Positions 19,711-30,454 of a stretch of DNA of 64,000 bases are shown here, piece after piece. Under the pieces are notes generated by a model that had not been told where the DNA came from, ran no database searches, and saw nothing but the letters and a program-made list of their open reading frames with translations. Position 1 is the first letter of the stretch. Each line of letters starts with the position of its first letter. Origin of the DNA: Candidatus Atabeyarchaeum deiterrae (lineage in GTDB: Archaea > Asgardarchaeota > Atabeyarchaeia > Atabeyarchaeales > Atabeyarchaeaceae); NCBI GenBank assembly GCA_037310415.1, contig CP147780.1:32001-96000 (forward strand), read 5' to 3'. Both the position numbers and the translations under genes were made by a program.

Positions 19711-20517
19711 TCACTGACTGATCTTTGATTTCCAGTCTCTGAGTTTGTATCGAAGCTGCTCCAGATTCCCCGTGCCTCTTCTCCATTCCTGTATTTCTTT
19801 CCCGATTTCGAAAATGTATGTTCCTCTGATCCTCACTTTCTGTTCGATATTATCTTTCAGGGTTTGCAGCGTCTGCGCGACGATCTCAGAATTCCTGTGG
19901 AAACTCAGGTACTCATCAACTTCGTCGAATAGATTGTTGATATTTAGCGTTCGCCATTTTTCAGCTGGTGGAGGCCTGAGCATTCCAGGTGTTGTTAGAA
20001 GCGAGCCGTGAACTTCGATTGAGTGCTCTTCTGATAGGTCTTCGATGACCTGTCTCATGGTTAGCAGATCAAGGCCGGCAATTTTCGCGATTTCATTTGT
20101 CTGCATGGCACCTTTTTCACTTAGAAGTAGCAATATTCTGTATTTTACTGAGCCCTGTTTTAGGATAAAGTCTCTAATCGTCGCCTTGATGTTGGGTTCA
20201 TTGACTAGTGATCTGAAAAGCAAGCTCTCGAGTGCAATGTTGCTTCCGGATAGTGTGTTAACCTCTTGCTCAAGGTACGAGATTCTATTGTTTGTAGCTT
20301 CGCCGAAGCTTGGTGCCACCTCGGCGTTTCTGATCCGTCTAAGCTCTGATTCAAGTTCTGTCCTCTGCTTTTGACATTCTGAGAGAGCTTCTCCCAGTGA
20401 TGATATCTCTCCTGCAATTTGGTTTCTCTCTCTAAGTAGCATGTCATAATCGTACCTGAGTCGCTGGAACTCAAGCCGAGGATCTTTGTCTGTCTCGTTC
20501 TCGTTCGGCGATGACAA
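19711..20517 (-). CDS. Coiled-coil, winged-helix and helical-bundle hypothetical protein
   Basis: Heptad-rich N-terminus; KYRILLLLSEKGAMQTNEIAKIAGLD..TMRQVIEDL wHTH. Confidence 0.6.
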   Translation of the reverse strand: MSSPNENETDKDPRLEFQRLRYDYDMLLRERNQIAGEISSLGEALSECQKQRTELESELRRIRNAEVAPSFGEATNNRISYLEQEVNTLSGSNIALESLLFRSLVNEPNIKATIRDFILKQGSVKYRILLLLSEKGAMQTNEIAKIAGLDLLTMRQVIEDLSEEHSIEVHGSLLTTPGMLRPPPAEKWRTLNINNLFDEVDEYLSFHRNSEIVAQTLQTLKDNIEQKVRIRGTYIFEIGKEIQEWRRGTGNLEQLRYKLRDWKSKISQ

Positions 20518-20661
20518 AATAATCCCCTATTTTGGTAGTGAGTGTTATCATCTCAAGAAGTGTTAGGAACCTTTAAAGTATTGTCCTCTAACCTAGTTAC
20601 ATCCTTAATCCTCTCGTTCTGTTTATCACTGGAAGATAGGTCAATCAACTTATGAGGAAAG

Positions 20662-21816
20662 ATGGGTTTGAGTTACGAAATGCTCTCACATGCCGACCTA
20701 GCTAGGCATTTCTGGTCGATGCAGGCAGCCCAGTTCATCAGGGACAAAGAAGTCGATGTTAGCGCGCTCGACGGATACAAAGATGTTGTACTAGAGGCGG
20801 AGACATGGATAGTCGAAACATTAGACAAAGGCGTGCTCTCTCCTGATTTTGGGAGAAGACCTGAGGACATCATGCTTGCATATCCAACTGCGAGGATGTT
20901 CATCTCTATTCTCGAAAATGAGTATGTCCTAAGAAGATTCGCAACTGCCGTGTCCAAGTATGCTGGAGCCATGCTTAGTATAGAAAATGATGCCAAGATC
21001 CTCTTGCTGGCAACGACTTCAGGCAACTTCGGAGAGAAGCCCCTGGAACTCCGTTATCAGAAAGCAACTGTAAACCGAAAAGATGTAGTTGGCGGAAGGA
21101 TATTTGAGTGGAAGCTTTTCTTCACCGATTATGTTGGCATTGCCCAGAGCTTTCACGAGGCCCCTTGGAAACTTGTCAACCGGCCAGTGAATGGAGGCTG
21201 GGTCTATCTACTCAAACCTGACGTAACCCGTCTAATGGAGGAAGCGCTTAAGACGAGGATAAGCAAAGCTGGGATGAGACCTCCAAGAGAACTTCCGTCA
21301 ATGAAGGATCTGCCTCCGAACTTGAGGGAGACTGCTGAGAGGATCTCAAAGAAAGTCAAGAAAACGATTAGCGAATTGCCCAGCTATGAGTCTGAGGGAG
21401 CTGGCGCAGGTGAGACCGCCTATCCGGGATGCATGAAACAGATTGTGGACAAGCTAAACAAGGGAATCGGGGTTAGTCACAATGAGCGTCTAGCGCTCGT
21501 CTTCTTCTTATCGAACCTTGGGAAGGATGTGGATGGGATCCTTGAAGCGTTCTCCAAGGTTCCAGACTTTGACGCTTCGAGATCTCGTTACTACATAGAG
21601 CATGCAATGGGTTTGAGAGGCGGAGGAACAAAGTACAAGTCATTTGGTTGCCCCAAGCTGCAGACGTTCGGGATCTGCAATCCGCAAGATGAATGGTGCA
21701 GACAGGGCAAGATAGGCAGAAGAACCTTAAGAGGGCCTTCTCAGTTCTACGGAGCCAAGAGCTGGGTGATTGTGAAAAAGAGGGAGGAAGAAGAAAGAAA
21801 GGCAAGCCAATGTTAG
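20662..21816 (+). CDS. priL: DNA primase large subunit
   Basis: WKLVNRPVNGGWVYL, YPGCM, HNERLAL, PDFD...SRYYIEH..G..GGGTKY, C-terminal Fe-S cysteines. Confidence 0.93.
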   Translation: MGLSYEMLSHADLARHFWSMQAAQFIRDKEVDVSALDGYKDVVLEAETWIVETLDKGVLSPDFGRRPEDIMLAYPTARMFISILENEYVLRRFATAVSKYAGAMLSIENDAKILLLATTSGNFGEKPLELRYQKATVNRKDVVGGRIFEWKLFFTDYVGIAQSFHEAPWKLVNRPVNGGWVYLLKPDVTRLMEEALKTRISKAGMRPPRELPSMKDLPPNLRETAERISKKVKKTISELPSYESEGAGAGETAYPGCMKQIVDKLNKGIGVSHNERLALVFFLSNLGKDVDGILEAFSKVPDFDASRSRYYIEHAMGLRGGGTKYKSFGCPKLQTFGICNPQDEWCRQGKIGRRTLRGPSQFYGAKSWVIVKKREEEERKASQC

Positions 21817-21836
21817 GGAAGAGTGAGTAGATACGT

Positions 21837-23051
21837 ATGGACACCGAAACACAGTTGTTTCTCACTTCTAAATTCATGGAGTACTACGAGAAGAAAGGCT
21901 CATCCTTGGTAAAGCCTCCAGAGGATTTCCCTGAGAGAGAGTTTGCGTTCACTTACTTTGGCAGAGAAGGCATGTTCAGGCACATCGGATTTCTGGCTAT
22001 TGACAAACTCTTGTCACATCTGAGGGTCAATGCTCCTTCGCATTGTTATCTGAGCGCGGCGCATTATTTGGACCCTGGTGCTGGCACAATGGGGGAGAAA
22101 GGGTGGAAGGGGACTGACCTCATATTCGACATCGATGCAGATCACCTTGACGCCCTATGCAAGAAGAAACATGATAGATGGGTCTGCCAGAATTGTGGAA
22201 AGAGTCGCACAGGGCCTAGACCAGAGAAATGTCCCAACTGTGAATCGACAACAATAGAGGATGAGCCTTGGCTGTGTGATGAGTGTATTGGTCAAGCTAA
22301 GTACGAGACACTCAAGCTGCTTGAGATACTAAGCGACGATTTCGGCTTCTCAAGAAGTGAAGTTGACGTAACGTATACCGGACATAGAGGATATCATGTC
22401 AAGGTCGAGCAACAAAGTATTCAAACACTTACACCGAGCGGAAGAAGGGAAATAGTAGACTACATAACGGGCAGGGGAATTGACTTACAGGCACATGGTT
22501 TGATTGAACAGGGTGTGGGAGGCAAAAGAAGCATAGTCGGACCAGGAGAGATGAATGTGGGATGGGGGTTGAGGATCTTCAGATCTGTGGCAAGAGTTAT
22601 GCAAAGTGACGATGCTCCCAGTGAGGCGACGGAGGACAAGGACAGAGTGTTGAAGGAGATTGCTGCAGGCCGATGGGATACGGTCAAAGGAATCGCCATG
22701 AAAACATGGGAAAGGCTAGCAATGAAAGCCATAGACTGGTATGGAATCGCCCATATCGATGAACCAGTTACAACAGACATCCACAGACTGATCAGGTTAG
22801 CAGGAAGCTTACATGGAAAGACGGGGTTTGCTGTCACCAAGGTGAACAACTTGGAATCATTTGATCCCTTCAAGGAGTCCGTGGTGTTCAAGTCAGACGA
22901 GACGGTTCATGTCTTCATTGATCATGGAAATGAATTTCGGATAGGAGACCAAACCTACGGACCATTCAAGAATGCTGAATGTGAATTGCCGTTAGAGGCG
23001 GCCATATTCTATATGTGCAAAGGAGTCGCTAGAATAGTACGCGGATTATAA
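21837..23051 (+). CDS. priS: DNA primase small subunit with zinc-ribbon insertion
   Basis: REFAF, DLIFDIDAD, YTGHRGYH, IDEPVTTDIHRLIRL..SLHGKTG. Confidence 0.95.
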   Translation: MDTETQLFLTSKFMEYYEKKGSSLVKPPEDFPEREFAFTYFGREGMFRHIGFLAIDKLLSHLRVNAPSHCYLSAAHYLDPGAGTMGEKGWKGTDLIFDIDADHLDALCKKKHDRWVCQNCGKSRTGPRPEKCPNCESTTIEDEPWLCDECIGQAKYETLKLLEILSDDFGFSRSEVDVTYTGHRGYHVKVEQQSIQTLTPSGRREIVDYITGRGIDLQAHGLIEQGVGGKRSIVGPGEMNVGWGLRIFRSVARVMQSDDAPSEATEDKDRVLKEIAAGRWDTVKGIAMKTWERLAMKAIDWYGIAHIDEPVTTDIHRLIRLAGSLHGKTGFAVTKVNNLESFDPFKESVVFKSDETVHVFIDHGNEFRIGDQTYGPFKNAECELPLEAAIFYMCKGVARIVRGL

Positions 23052-23094
23052 GATGAACTTTTCATGAGAAAATAGAAGAGGAGTACCGAGGGGA

Positions 23095-23529
23095 ATGGCT
23101 AGGAGGAGCCCTGCTCTTACTGTGGACATAATAATAGTTAGAAAAGATGGATCGGTTGTTCTTGTGAAACGTCTTAACCCGCCGTTCAAAGGGGAGTGGG
23201 CGATACCTGGAGGATTTGTTGAATACGGTGAGACCGTTGAGGCAGCAGCTATGCGAGAGGCGAAGGAAGAGACAGGGATTGATGTGCAACTTACCAGAAT
23301 TGTGGGAGTATATTCTAGGCCTGACAGAGACCCAAGAGGACACACGGTCTCTGTCTGTTATCTTGCACGGGAGCTTGGGGGCGAACTCAGAGCGGATACA
23401 GATGCCAAGGAAGCTAGAAGTTTCAATCGCAATTCTCTTCCGAGAAGACTTGCCTTTGATCATGATCAGATGCTGATTGATGCTGGGATCAGGGATCGTG
23501 CGGATTCGCTATCGAAACAAGAAGGCTGA
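23095..23529 (+). CDS. Nudix hydrolase (ADP-ribose pyrophosphatase-like)
   Basis: Nudix box GGFVEYGETVEAAAMREAKEETG; RDPRGH; LAFDH. Confidence 0.92.
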   Translation: MARRSPALTVDIIIVRKDGSVVLVKRLNPPFKGEWAIPGGFVEYGETVEAAAMREAKEETGIDVQLTRIVGVYSRPDRDPRGHTVSVCYLARELGGELRADTDAKEARSFNRNSLPRRLAFDHDQMLIDAGIRDRADSLSKQEG

Positions 23530-23732
23530 ACCGAGATCTTTGAGTAGATTCAGGAAGAAGCTGGCATGACATTCTTCGAGGTTTCATAACAGGTGCTGCG
23601 TATCAAGACTGTCTTGAGTGTGTCAAAGATTTAATATAGGAATAGATGATATACAGAAATGACAAGTACGAAAGCATGTTATTAGTGGACGATATAGAGC
23701 GAACTGAGACGAAAAACGTGGCTGGTAATCAC

Positions 23733-26309
23733 ATGAGCGACAAAAACGATGTGGTGATAGGTCCACAATCTGCTAAGAAACCGCGCAGAACATTCCTAGG
23801 TGTTCTGGAACAGAAAGACTTCATACTAGTGATACTTGCTTTCTTTGTTCCATTGATCTCTTGGTCAAAGGTAATAGGACAGATGCTTGCAGGCCAAGGG
23901 CTCCTCATAAACGTGTGGGATCTTACATACCAGATACACATGTTGCTTCCGATAATAATCTTCATATTCGCTGTGATGTCGGGGAGTCTCACGGGCAGCA
24001 TTCTCATCTCAATTTCCGCGGTGCTGGGATACATAATAGTGGGCATACCCTACTACTGGAACCCCGCAGGATGGCTTCCCACAGAGTACCCGCCTGATCT
24101 TAGCTTCGTGCTCTCTGATACGGGGTTGCTTCTCTTTAACCTGCTCATACCCGGAGTCCTTGGGGGTATACTCGCTCAGTTTGGTATAGTGAGTGCAGCG
24201 AAAAACGATCTCAAGGAACTTCTCCGTAGACCTTTTGCAGTTATTCTGTTTGTTGCTGCGTTACTTGGCGCGGTGTTAGTCTATGTCTTTGGCAGAGCGG
24301 CGACGCTGAATATAGCTAGACCCGTTACGCTCGCGTATCTACTTATGGGCGCCCTGGCGATAATTGCCATTGTGTCTTATTCGACGAGAACTGGTTATGG
24401 TGGTCTTGCTGTCGGCTTCGTGATAGCGCTCGTCTACTACTCAGCGGCAGCGGCGAAAGACCCTTCCTCTGAGGTTCTAGCGGTTTTCGCTGTAGGAATA
24501 GTGAACTGGGTGAGAGGAGCAGGGCTAGATCTGACTCTTCAGACGTATTACATATCCTATGGTCTGGGTTTCTTTGTAGCGGCGCTTTGGGGTTCAATAT
24601 GGGGCGTGCTAGGCAAATTCATGGTCTTTGCTAGTGCACCAAAGACAACCGAGGAGATAACGGAAGCGCACATATTCAGAGATCTATGGTCGAACTACTT
24701 CATTTTCGGAAAGAATACGAGACCTGAGTTCAGGTTGAAAGACGAAGCAGGATCAACCGTTCAGGGAGGCGCTGCACTAACCAGTTCAATTGGAGCTCCA
24801 AAGGCGAAAGGCAAGTATGTGACATATAGATATCTTGACAGAAAGAGACGATTCGAACGAGTACCAGCGTCCATCGGGGGATTACTTGTAGAACCTCAAG
24901 AAGCAGGAAAATGCAAAGTATATGAGAGGACATACAAGGCTCGAGGGCAGGAAGACAAGAAGTATATGGGAGACTTCCTTGATCCAAAACCACTCTTCGA
25001 CAAATACAAACCCATGTGGAGCCCATTCTCACTCGGGATGAGGGAGTATGCTACTAAGGCACTAGCCCCATTTGTAATCATACCCATTATTCTCGGTGCC
25101 ATCTTCTTTGCTAGACAACTCATAGGTGCAGGTCTCTACATCCTAAGTGGAGCTGCGACAACAGTGGCGTATTGGATACTCGCGGCTCAGGCAATCATAA
25201 TAGTCTTCCTGATATTCTACTTGCTGAGATGGAGAAAGAAGCTGCCTATCGCGCTCAAGGCTCATCCTGAGGGATCACTGGCGTTTCTCTTCGCTGGAGC
25301 AGTCATAGGAGTGCTGGTCATCTTCTCATTCTACTTCTTGGCCTCAATGATACTAGTCGTTCAGAGCGATAGCATCTTTACATTCGGCGACTTCACGACG
25401 AACGCAATAATCTTTTTGCTGGTCGTAACGATATTCACGTCCGCTTCGACCGTCCAGATACTGGGATCCGACAACTTCAACGTGTATTTCTACGACGACG
25501 AAGAGAAAGACTTGAAGCCTTACAAGAACGAGTACGATAAACCCTACTGGCTCAAAGGGTCGCACTATTGGGTTTTTAGACACATTTACTTCTGGCCTTT
25601 TGAGATGACTCCGAGCCTCAAGGGGTTCATGCACGAGGACTATGAGAGAGTTGAAATATGGGTTAACGCCGATACCGGGAAGCCAGAGTGGTCCATATCA
25701 GATTATCATTGGAGAGAACTATGGTACAAGATTCCAGAATTGGATGAGGACATAGCGATTCAGGCGAGTTTTAACAAGAACTTCCACACGCCATCGATAA
25801 ACGTCATAAGGAGAAGTCAACTCAAGGGAATCAAGTTTGCAAAGGAGTCTTTTGTGAACACTTGGAAAGCAATATTCTACTATGCGCTAACGAGTCGAGC
25901 CCTAAACAAGGAAGCAAAGAAACCACCAAAAGTCTCCAAGAAGAGAGTAGAATCACTTGCCAAATTCTTCGTTGACCTTCCTGAAGCAATAAGACCTGCC
26001 GCTGCAGGAACTATGGCCGGCTACCCGTGGAACTTCTTTAGGTTCCCGAAGGGCGTAGCATCGGTGCAAAAAGCTGAAGGAATAGAGAAATATGTTTACA
26101 GGGAACCGAACTACAAACCGCCCTTCATTGAGCATGTCACGGGCGGCACTGCAGAGGCAGAGCCAAACGACGGAATGGGTGCCCCGGCATCACTGGACGC
26201 GGATTCGCCACAACTATGTCCAAAGTGCGGTAAGCCATTGGCCAAGAGTCTTGTTTGCAGTAGCTGCGGTACCGACGCCAAGGTAGAGTCATTCCTCAAC
26301 GTACTATGA
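23733..26309 (+). CDS. Multipass membrane protein with C-terminal Vps62/NPP1-like domain and zinc ribbon
   Basis: About 12 hydrophobic segments; soluble C-terminus with MHEDYERVEIWV...PEW.ISDYHW; terminal CPKC...CSSC. Confidence 0.6.
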   Translation: MSDKNDVVIGPQSAKKPRRTFLGVLEQKDFILVILAFFVPLISWSKVIGQMLAGQGLLINVWDLTYQIHMLLPIIIFIFAVMSGSLTGSILISISAVLGYIIVGIPYYWNPAGWLPTEYPPDLSFVLSDTGLLLFNLLIPGVLGGILAQFGIVSAAKNDLKELLRRPFAVILFVAALLGAVLVYVFGRAATLNIARPVTLAYLLMGALAIIAIVSYSTRTGYGGLAVGFVIALVYYSAAAAKDPSSEVLAVFAVGIVNWVRGAGLDLTLQTYYISYGLGFFVAALWGSIWGVLGKFMVFASAPKTTEEITEAHIFRDLWSNYFIFGKNTRPEFRLKDEAGSTVQGGAALTSSIGAPKAKGKYVTYRYLDRKRRFERVPASIGGLLVEPQEAGKCKVYERTYKARGQEDKKYMGDFLDPKPLFDKYKPMWSPFSLGMREYATKALAPFVIIPIILGAIFFARQLIGAGLYILSGAATTVAYWILAAQAIIIVFLIFYLLRWRKKLPIALKAHPEGSLAFLFAGAVIGVLVIFSFYFLASMILVVQSDSIFTFGDFTTNAIIFLLVVTIFTSASTVQILGSDNFNVYFYDDEEKDLKPYKNEYDKPYWLKGSHYWVFRHIYFWPFEMTPSLKGFMHEDYERVEIWVNADTGKPEWSISDYHWRELWYKIPELDEDIAIQASFNKNFHTPSINVIRRSQLKGIKFAKESFVNTWKAIFYYALTSRALNKEAKKPPKVSKKRVESLAKFFVDLPEAIRPAAAGTMAGYPWNFFRFPKGVASVQKAEGIEKYVYREPNYKPPFIEHVTGGTAEAEPNDGMGAPASLDADSPQLCPKCGKPLAKSLVCSSCGTDAKVESFLNVL

Positions 26310-26375
26310 TAGTATTCATGACACAAGATCTGGTAACTAGGAACGTCAATTCCTTCTCTTCTTTTTTTGGATTTC

Positions 26376-27089
26376 TCACGGTTCCTTGAGATATTTTGCC
26401 CGTTTCACGTTGTATTCGTCCCTTGTCATGTAGCTTCTTGAAGGGCATCCTTTCACAACCGTATCATCGGGAACGTCTCTTGTGACGATCGATCCGCTAG
26501 CTACTACTGCGTTCTCGCCCACCGTCACGCCGGCTATCAGAATGCTACCAGCTCCAATCGTTGCGCCTCTCTTTATTGTGACACCTGTGATCTTGGGGGA
26601 CGGTGGGTAGAGATCATTGGTGATCACAACGTAAGGACCCAGGAAGACTCCTTCCCCGATAGTTGTGCCAGGCGGTATGTAGACACCTGACTGTATGTTA
26701 ACATTGGAGCCGATGTTAACGTGCCCGTCAATTACAGTGTTTGTCCCTACTCGTGTTTGAGGTCCTACTTTGCATTCTTCCCTTATCAGAACGTGATGTC
26801 CAGTTTCAACATCATCTCCAAGAGAGGTTCGTTCATAGAGTATGCTACCTGACCGCACGATTGCATTTGAACCGATTGTGGACCCGTTGCTCTTCTCATC
26901 AAACAGGGCCAGATCGATTTTCCTGAGTGCGGGATCTGAGAGAACTCCCTTGAGGGTTTTTCTAATCGGGTAGCCAATTATGCATCCTTCCCCGATCAGA
27001 GTTCTCGAGCCGATCAAGGAGTTACCTAGAATTACAGCGTCTCCTTCTATCAGTCCTTGAATTCTGGACCTCTTTGAGATGAATCTCAT
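26376..27089 (-). CDS. Hexapeptide-repeat N-acetyltransferase (GlmU-C/DapH-like)
   Basis: Left-handed beta-helix repeats; FLGP..VITND.YP; VTRDVP. Confidence 0.85.
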   Translation of the reverse strand: MRFISKRSRIQGLIEGDAVILGNSLIGSRTLIGEGCIIGYPIRKTLKGVLSDPALRKIDLALFDEKSNGSTIGSNAIVRSGSILYERTSLGDDVETGHHVLIREECKVGPQTRVGTNTVIDGHVNIGSNVNIQSGVYIPPGTTIGEGVFLGPYVVITNDLYPPSPKITGVTIKRGATIGAGSILIAGVTVGENAVVASGSIVTRDVPDDTVVKGCPSRSYMTRDEYNVKRAKYLKEP

Positions 27090-27409
27090 GTTGACTTATC
27101 ACCTCAGGAATACCAGATGAATGCAAAATCGTTTATCTGGTAATCGGAGCATCTATTCAAGCGTATCATTATTCCCTTAATATAGGTTTCAACTCAATAA
27201 CTGATCTGCCATATACCTCTCTCCAATAAAAATACGTAGGAAAGGTTAAGACTGCTTCCTTGTCTATATTTGACTAAGATCTACCGCATGATAATTGGTT
27301 ATGTTGTCTTTCATGACGAGGAAGGGAATTTCCTGACTGCAAGTTTCCGATAAGATCGTATTTGTTGAGTCTGGTGATGCAGAGACTCCTGGCTGAGGGA
27401 TATCTGAGA

Positions 27410-29233
27410 ATGTGTGGCATAATCGGAGTAGTCACTAAGAATAGCCAAGTTGCTGAAACCGTAATCAGCTCATTAAAGAGACTGGAGTATAGAGGCTATG
27501 ACTCGGCTGGGATAGCTATCGTGAGAAGCGATGGCATTTCAATTGTGAAAGACAAGGGATCAGTTGAACATGTTTCAAAGGAAATCAACGCATCTAGAAT
27601 GGACGGCCATGTTGGGTTGGGACATACAAGGTGGGCTACTCATGGTCCTCCTTCCAAGGTCAATGCTCACCCCCTCACAGATTGTAAGGAAAGAATTGCA
27701 GTCGTCCATAATGGCATAATAGAGAATTTCATGGAATTAAGAAAACAGCTGGAGGATCGCGGGCACAGACTCGTTTCGCAGACGGACACGGAAGTCGTTC
27801 CTCATTTGGTCGAGGAATTCATGAGTAAGGGCATGTCACTCAAAGAGTCGGCTAGGGCCGCTATCGGGGAGTGCAGAGGCTCGTATGCTCTGGTCATGAT
27901 TTCCTTTGCTGAGCCTGATAGGATAGTCTGTGCAAGAAGGGAGAGCCCACTCGTCTTAGGTGTTGGGAAGGGTGAAATGTTCTGCGCCTCAGATATACCG
28001 GCTTTCCTCCCTTTCACAAACAAGGCAATAATCCTCCATGATGGAGAAATGGCGGTTCTAACTGCGGATTCAGTTGAAATCGAGAGAATTGATGATTCGA
28101 CTACGGTCTCACCTCAGATAATGACGATAACGTGGAGTCCTCAGATGGCTGAGAAGTCAGGGTTTCCGCATTTCATGCTGAAGGAGATCCATGAACAGCC
28201 ACATGCTCTCAGGGAGACGCTTAGAATAGATGAACGTTTGATCGAGCCTTTTGTCAAAAGAATAGATGATTCCAACAAGGTCATCCTAACCGCTGCAGGA
28301 ACATCCAATCATGCAAGTATTATTGGGAAATACATGCTAACGCATCTAGCTCAACTTTACTGTCAATCAATAGTATCCTCTGAGTTCGCTGACATAGGAC
28401 TTAACACGATAAGTGATCGAGACACGATAATTGCTGTGAGTCAATCTGGTGAGACTATAGATACTATTGACGCAGCTAAGAAAGCTAAAGAGAAAGGCGC
28501 AGCCATTCTTTCAGTTACGAATGTGGTCGGAAGCTCTATAACTCGCCTCTCTGACCATGTCATATGCACACAGGCAGGACCTGAGATCGGTGTGGCCGCG
28601 ACAAAGACATTCATTGTTGAAGTCGCAACATTAGCGCTTCTGGCTCTCGAACTTGCAAAGGTGAGGGGGACACTGAGCTACGATGAGAGTCAGATCCTTA
28701 GAAGAAGCTTACTTGACACTCCTCGCCTAATAGAGGAGGTCATAAAGAGCCAAGAAGGATCTGCGATTAGAGCAGCGGAGAAGTACCATAACAAGCAGAG
28801 TTTCCTCTTCTTAGGCAGAGGCATAAGTACTGCGACAGCGATGGAAGGAGCATTAAAACTCAAAGAAATAGCTTATACTCATGCAGAAGGATATCCCGCT
28901 GGCGAGAGTAAACATGGACCAATCTCACTTGTAGAGCCTTGCTTTCCTGTTGTATTCATAGCTCCCCCAGACGACACATATGAGAGATTGATCGGGAATA
29001 TTATGGAAATGAAGGCTCGTGAAGCCAGCATAATATCCGTATGCGCCCAAGGCGATGAAAAGGTCGAGCGACTATCTGATGTTCTGTTTGAGATCCCCGG
29101 CAACATTCCACCAGAATTCTCCCCGATACCTTACGTCGTCCCCCTCCAGCTATTTGCCTATTATGCTGCAGTCAAGCGGGGATGCGACCCGGACAAACCC
29201 AGAAATCTCGCAAAGTCCGTCACAGTGAAGTAG
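27410..29233 (+). CDS. glmS: Glutamine--fructose-6-phosphate transaminase (isomerizing)
   Basis: Starts MCGIIG; LEYRGYDSAG, GHTRWATHG, HNGIIEN, SQSGET, KPRNLAKSVTVK. Confidence 0.97.
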   Translation: MCGIIGVVTKNSQVAETVISSLKRLEYRGYDSAGIAIVRSDGISIVKDKGSVEHVSKEINASRMDGHVGLGHTRWATHGPPSKVNAHPLTDCKERIAVVHNGIIENFMELRKQLEDRGHRLVSQTDTEVVPHLVEEFMSKGMSLKESARAAIGECRGSYALVMISFAEPDRIVCARRESPLVLGVGKGEMFCASDIPAFLPFTNKAIILHDGEMAVLTADSVEIERIDDSTTVSPQIMTITWSPQMAEKSGFPHFMLKEIHEQPHALRETLRIDERLIEPFVKRIDDSNKVILTAAGTSNHASIIGKYMLTHLAQLYCQSIVSSEFADIGLNTISDRDTIIAVSQSGETIDTIDAAKKAKEKGAAILSVTNVVGSSITRLSDHVICTQAGPEIGVAATKTFIVEVATLALLALELAKVRGTLSYDESQILRRSLLDTPRLIEEVIKSQEGSAIRAAEKYHNKQSFLFLGRGISTATAMEGALKLKEIAYTHAEGYPAGESKHGPISLVEPCFPVVFIAPPDDTYERLIGNIMEMKAREASIISVCAQGDEKVERLSDVLFEIPGNIPPEFSPIPYVVPLQLFAYYAAVKRGCDPDKPRNLAKSVTVK

Positions 29234-29270
29234 AAATCCACAAATACTCAGTTGTAAGTTTTGTAGCTCC

Positions 29271-30257
29271 ATGACCACTCTTGTTGCAGAGAACGTCCAC
29301 TTGATACGGGTCCCCTCTATGTTTCCTGTCGGAGCAACCAACTGTTACGTAGTAAACACTGGCGAACCCTCGCTAATCGATGTGGGACTCAAGAGCAGGA
29401 AATCCTATGAGACCCTGATCAAGGAACTCGCCTCCTTACATCTTGCTTTGAGAGACATCGGAAAAATCATAATTACGCATTCCCACGTCGATCATTTTGG
29501 TCTAATCCGTACCCTTCAAGAGGAATCAAGTTGTGATGTCTATGTCCATTCAGATGACTTTCAGTTTGTGTCCGACTACGAAGGATCCTATCTAAAGAGG
29601 ATGGACTACTTCGGGGATATGATGCTGAGCGCAGGTACACCGAGAAAAGTGTTGGAGGACCTGCAAGCGGCTTATCTTTTTCTAAGAGATGTCGGTGATT
29701 CTGTCACTAATTGCAGACGAGTAGATGACGGTGACAGCCTTGTACTGGGTCAAGTCAGGTTGAGGGTGGTACACACGCCAGGACACACAATTGGAGAGAT
29801 AGGTCTCTTGTGGGAGGACAATGAGTCGCTTTTTTGCGGAGATCACTTGCTGAAAGACATAACTCCCAATGTGGGTGTAACTCTCAGAGAGCGGCCTCAT
29901 GTTTCACTCCTACCAGACTACGTGAGGTCCTTACAGAAGACGATTAGACTTCCTGGTCAAACAGCTTTTCCAGGTCACCGCGGTGTTATCAACGACTTCA
30001 AAAAGAGAGCTCTTGAGATACTTCAACACCACGAAGAAAGGAAAGCCCTAATGCTGGAAAATGTTAAGGCGAGTGAGAGAAGTGCATTTGAGATCTCCAA
30101 AGCTGTTTTTGGCGAAGTGGCACTATCAGAGGTCCCCTTGGCAATAGCCGAAACAATGTCTCACATGAAGGTTCTGGAAGAAGAGGGGAAAGTGCATTCA
30201 CTGGAACGAAAAGGCATTGTGTACTATGTGGCAAGCAGCAACGCGCTCGCGAGTTAG
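29271..30257 (+). CDS. MBL-fold metallo-hydrolase with C-terminal winged helix
   Basis: THSHVDHFG, HTPGHT, GDH, PGH. Confidence 0.9.
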   Translation: MTTLVAENVHLIRVPSMFPVGATNCYVVNTGEPSLIDVGLKSRKSYETLIKELASLHLALRDIGKIIITHSHVDHFGLIRTLQEESSCDVYVHSDDFQFVSDYEGSYLKRMDYFGDMMLSAGTPRKVLEDLQAAYLFLRDVGDSVTNCRRVDDGDSLVLGQVRLRVVHTPGHTIGEIGLLWEDNESLFCGDHLLKDITPNVGVTLRERPHVSLLPDYVRSLQKTIRLPGQTAFPGHRGVINDFKKRALEILQHHEERKALMLENVKASERSAFEISKAVFGEVALSEVPLAIAETMSHMKVLEEEGKVHSLERKGIVYYVASSNALAS

Positions 30258-30454
30258 GATTTTGGTTGGGCAAGATTTCTATCCGGAGCTCTCCGACTCG
30301 ATAGAGAGATTTAAATGTCTTATGAGTATTTAATAGAAACGTTGATTGCTGCACGCATTCCATCCGATGTTTGTGTGCAAGCATAAGAATCCGGACAAGT
30401 CAGTTCGAATTATAATGGTAAAAATCAATTGTTTCTTGGAGGTCGAATGTATAG

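Noticed and set aside
22140-22290. Intein in priS
   Set aside because: The insertion is short and Cys-paired, without intein terminal motifs; it is a zinc ribbon.
27362-27409. N-terminal extension of GlmS in the ORF track
   Set aside because: GlmS needs an N-terminal Cys after Met removal, so the start is the ATG at 27410.
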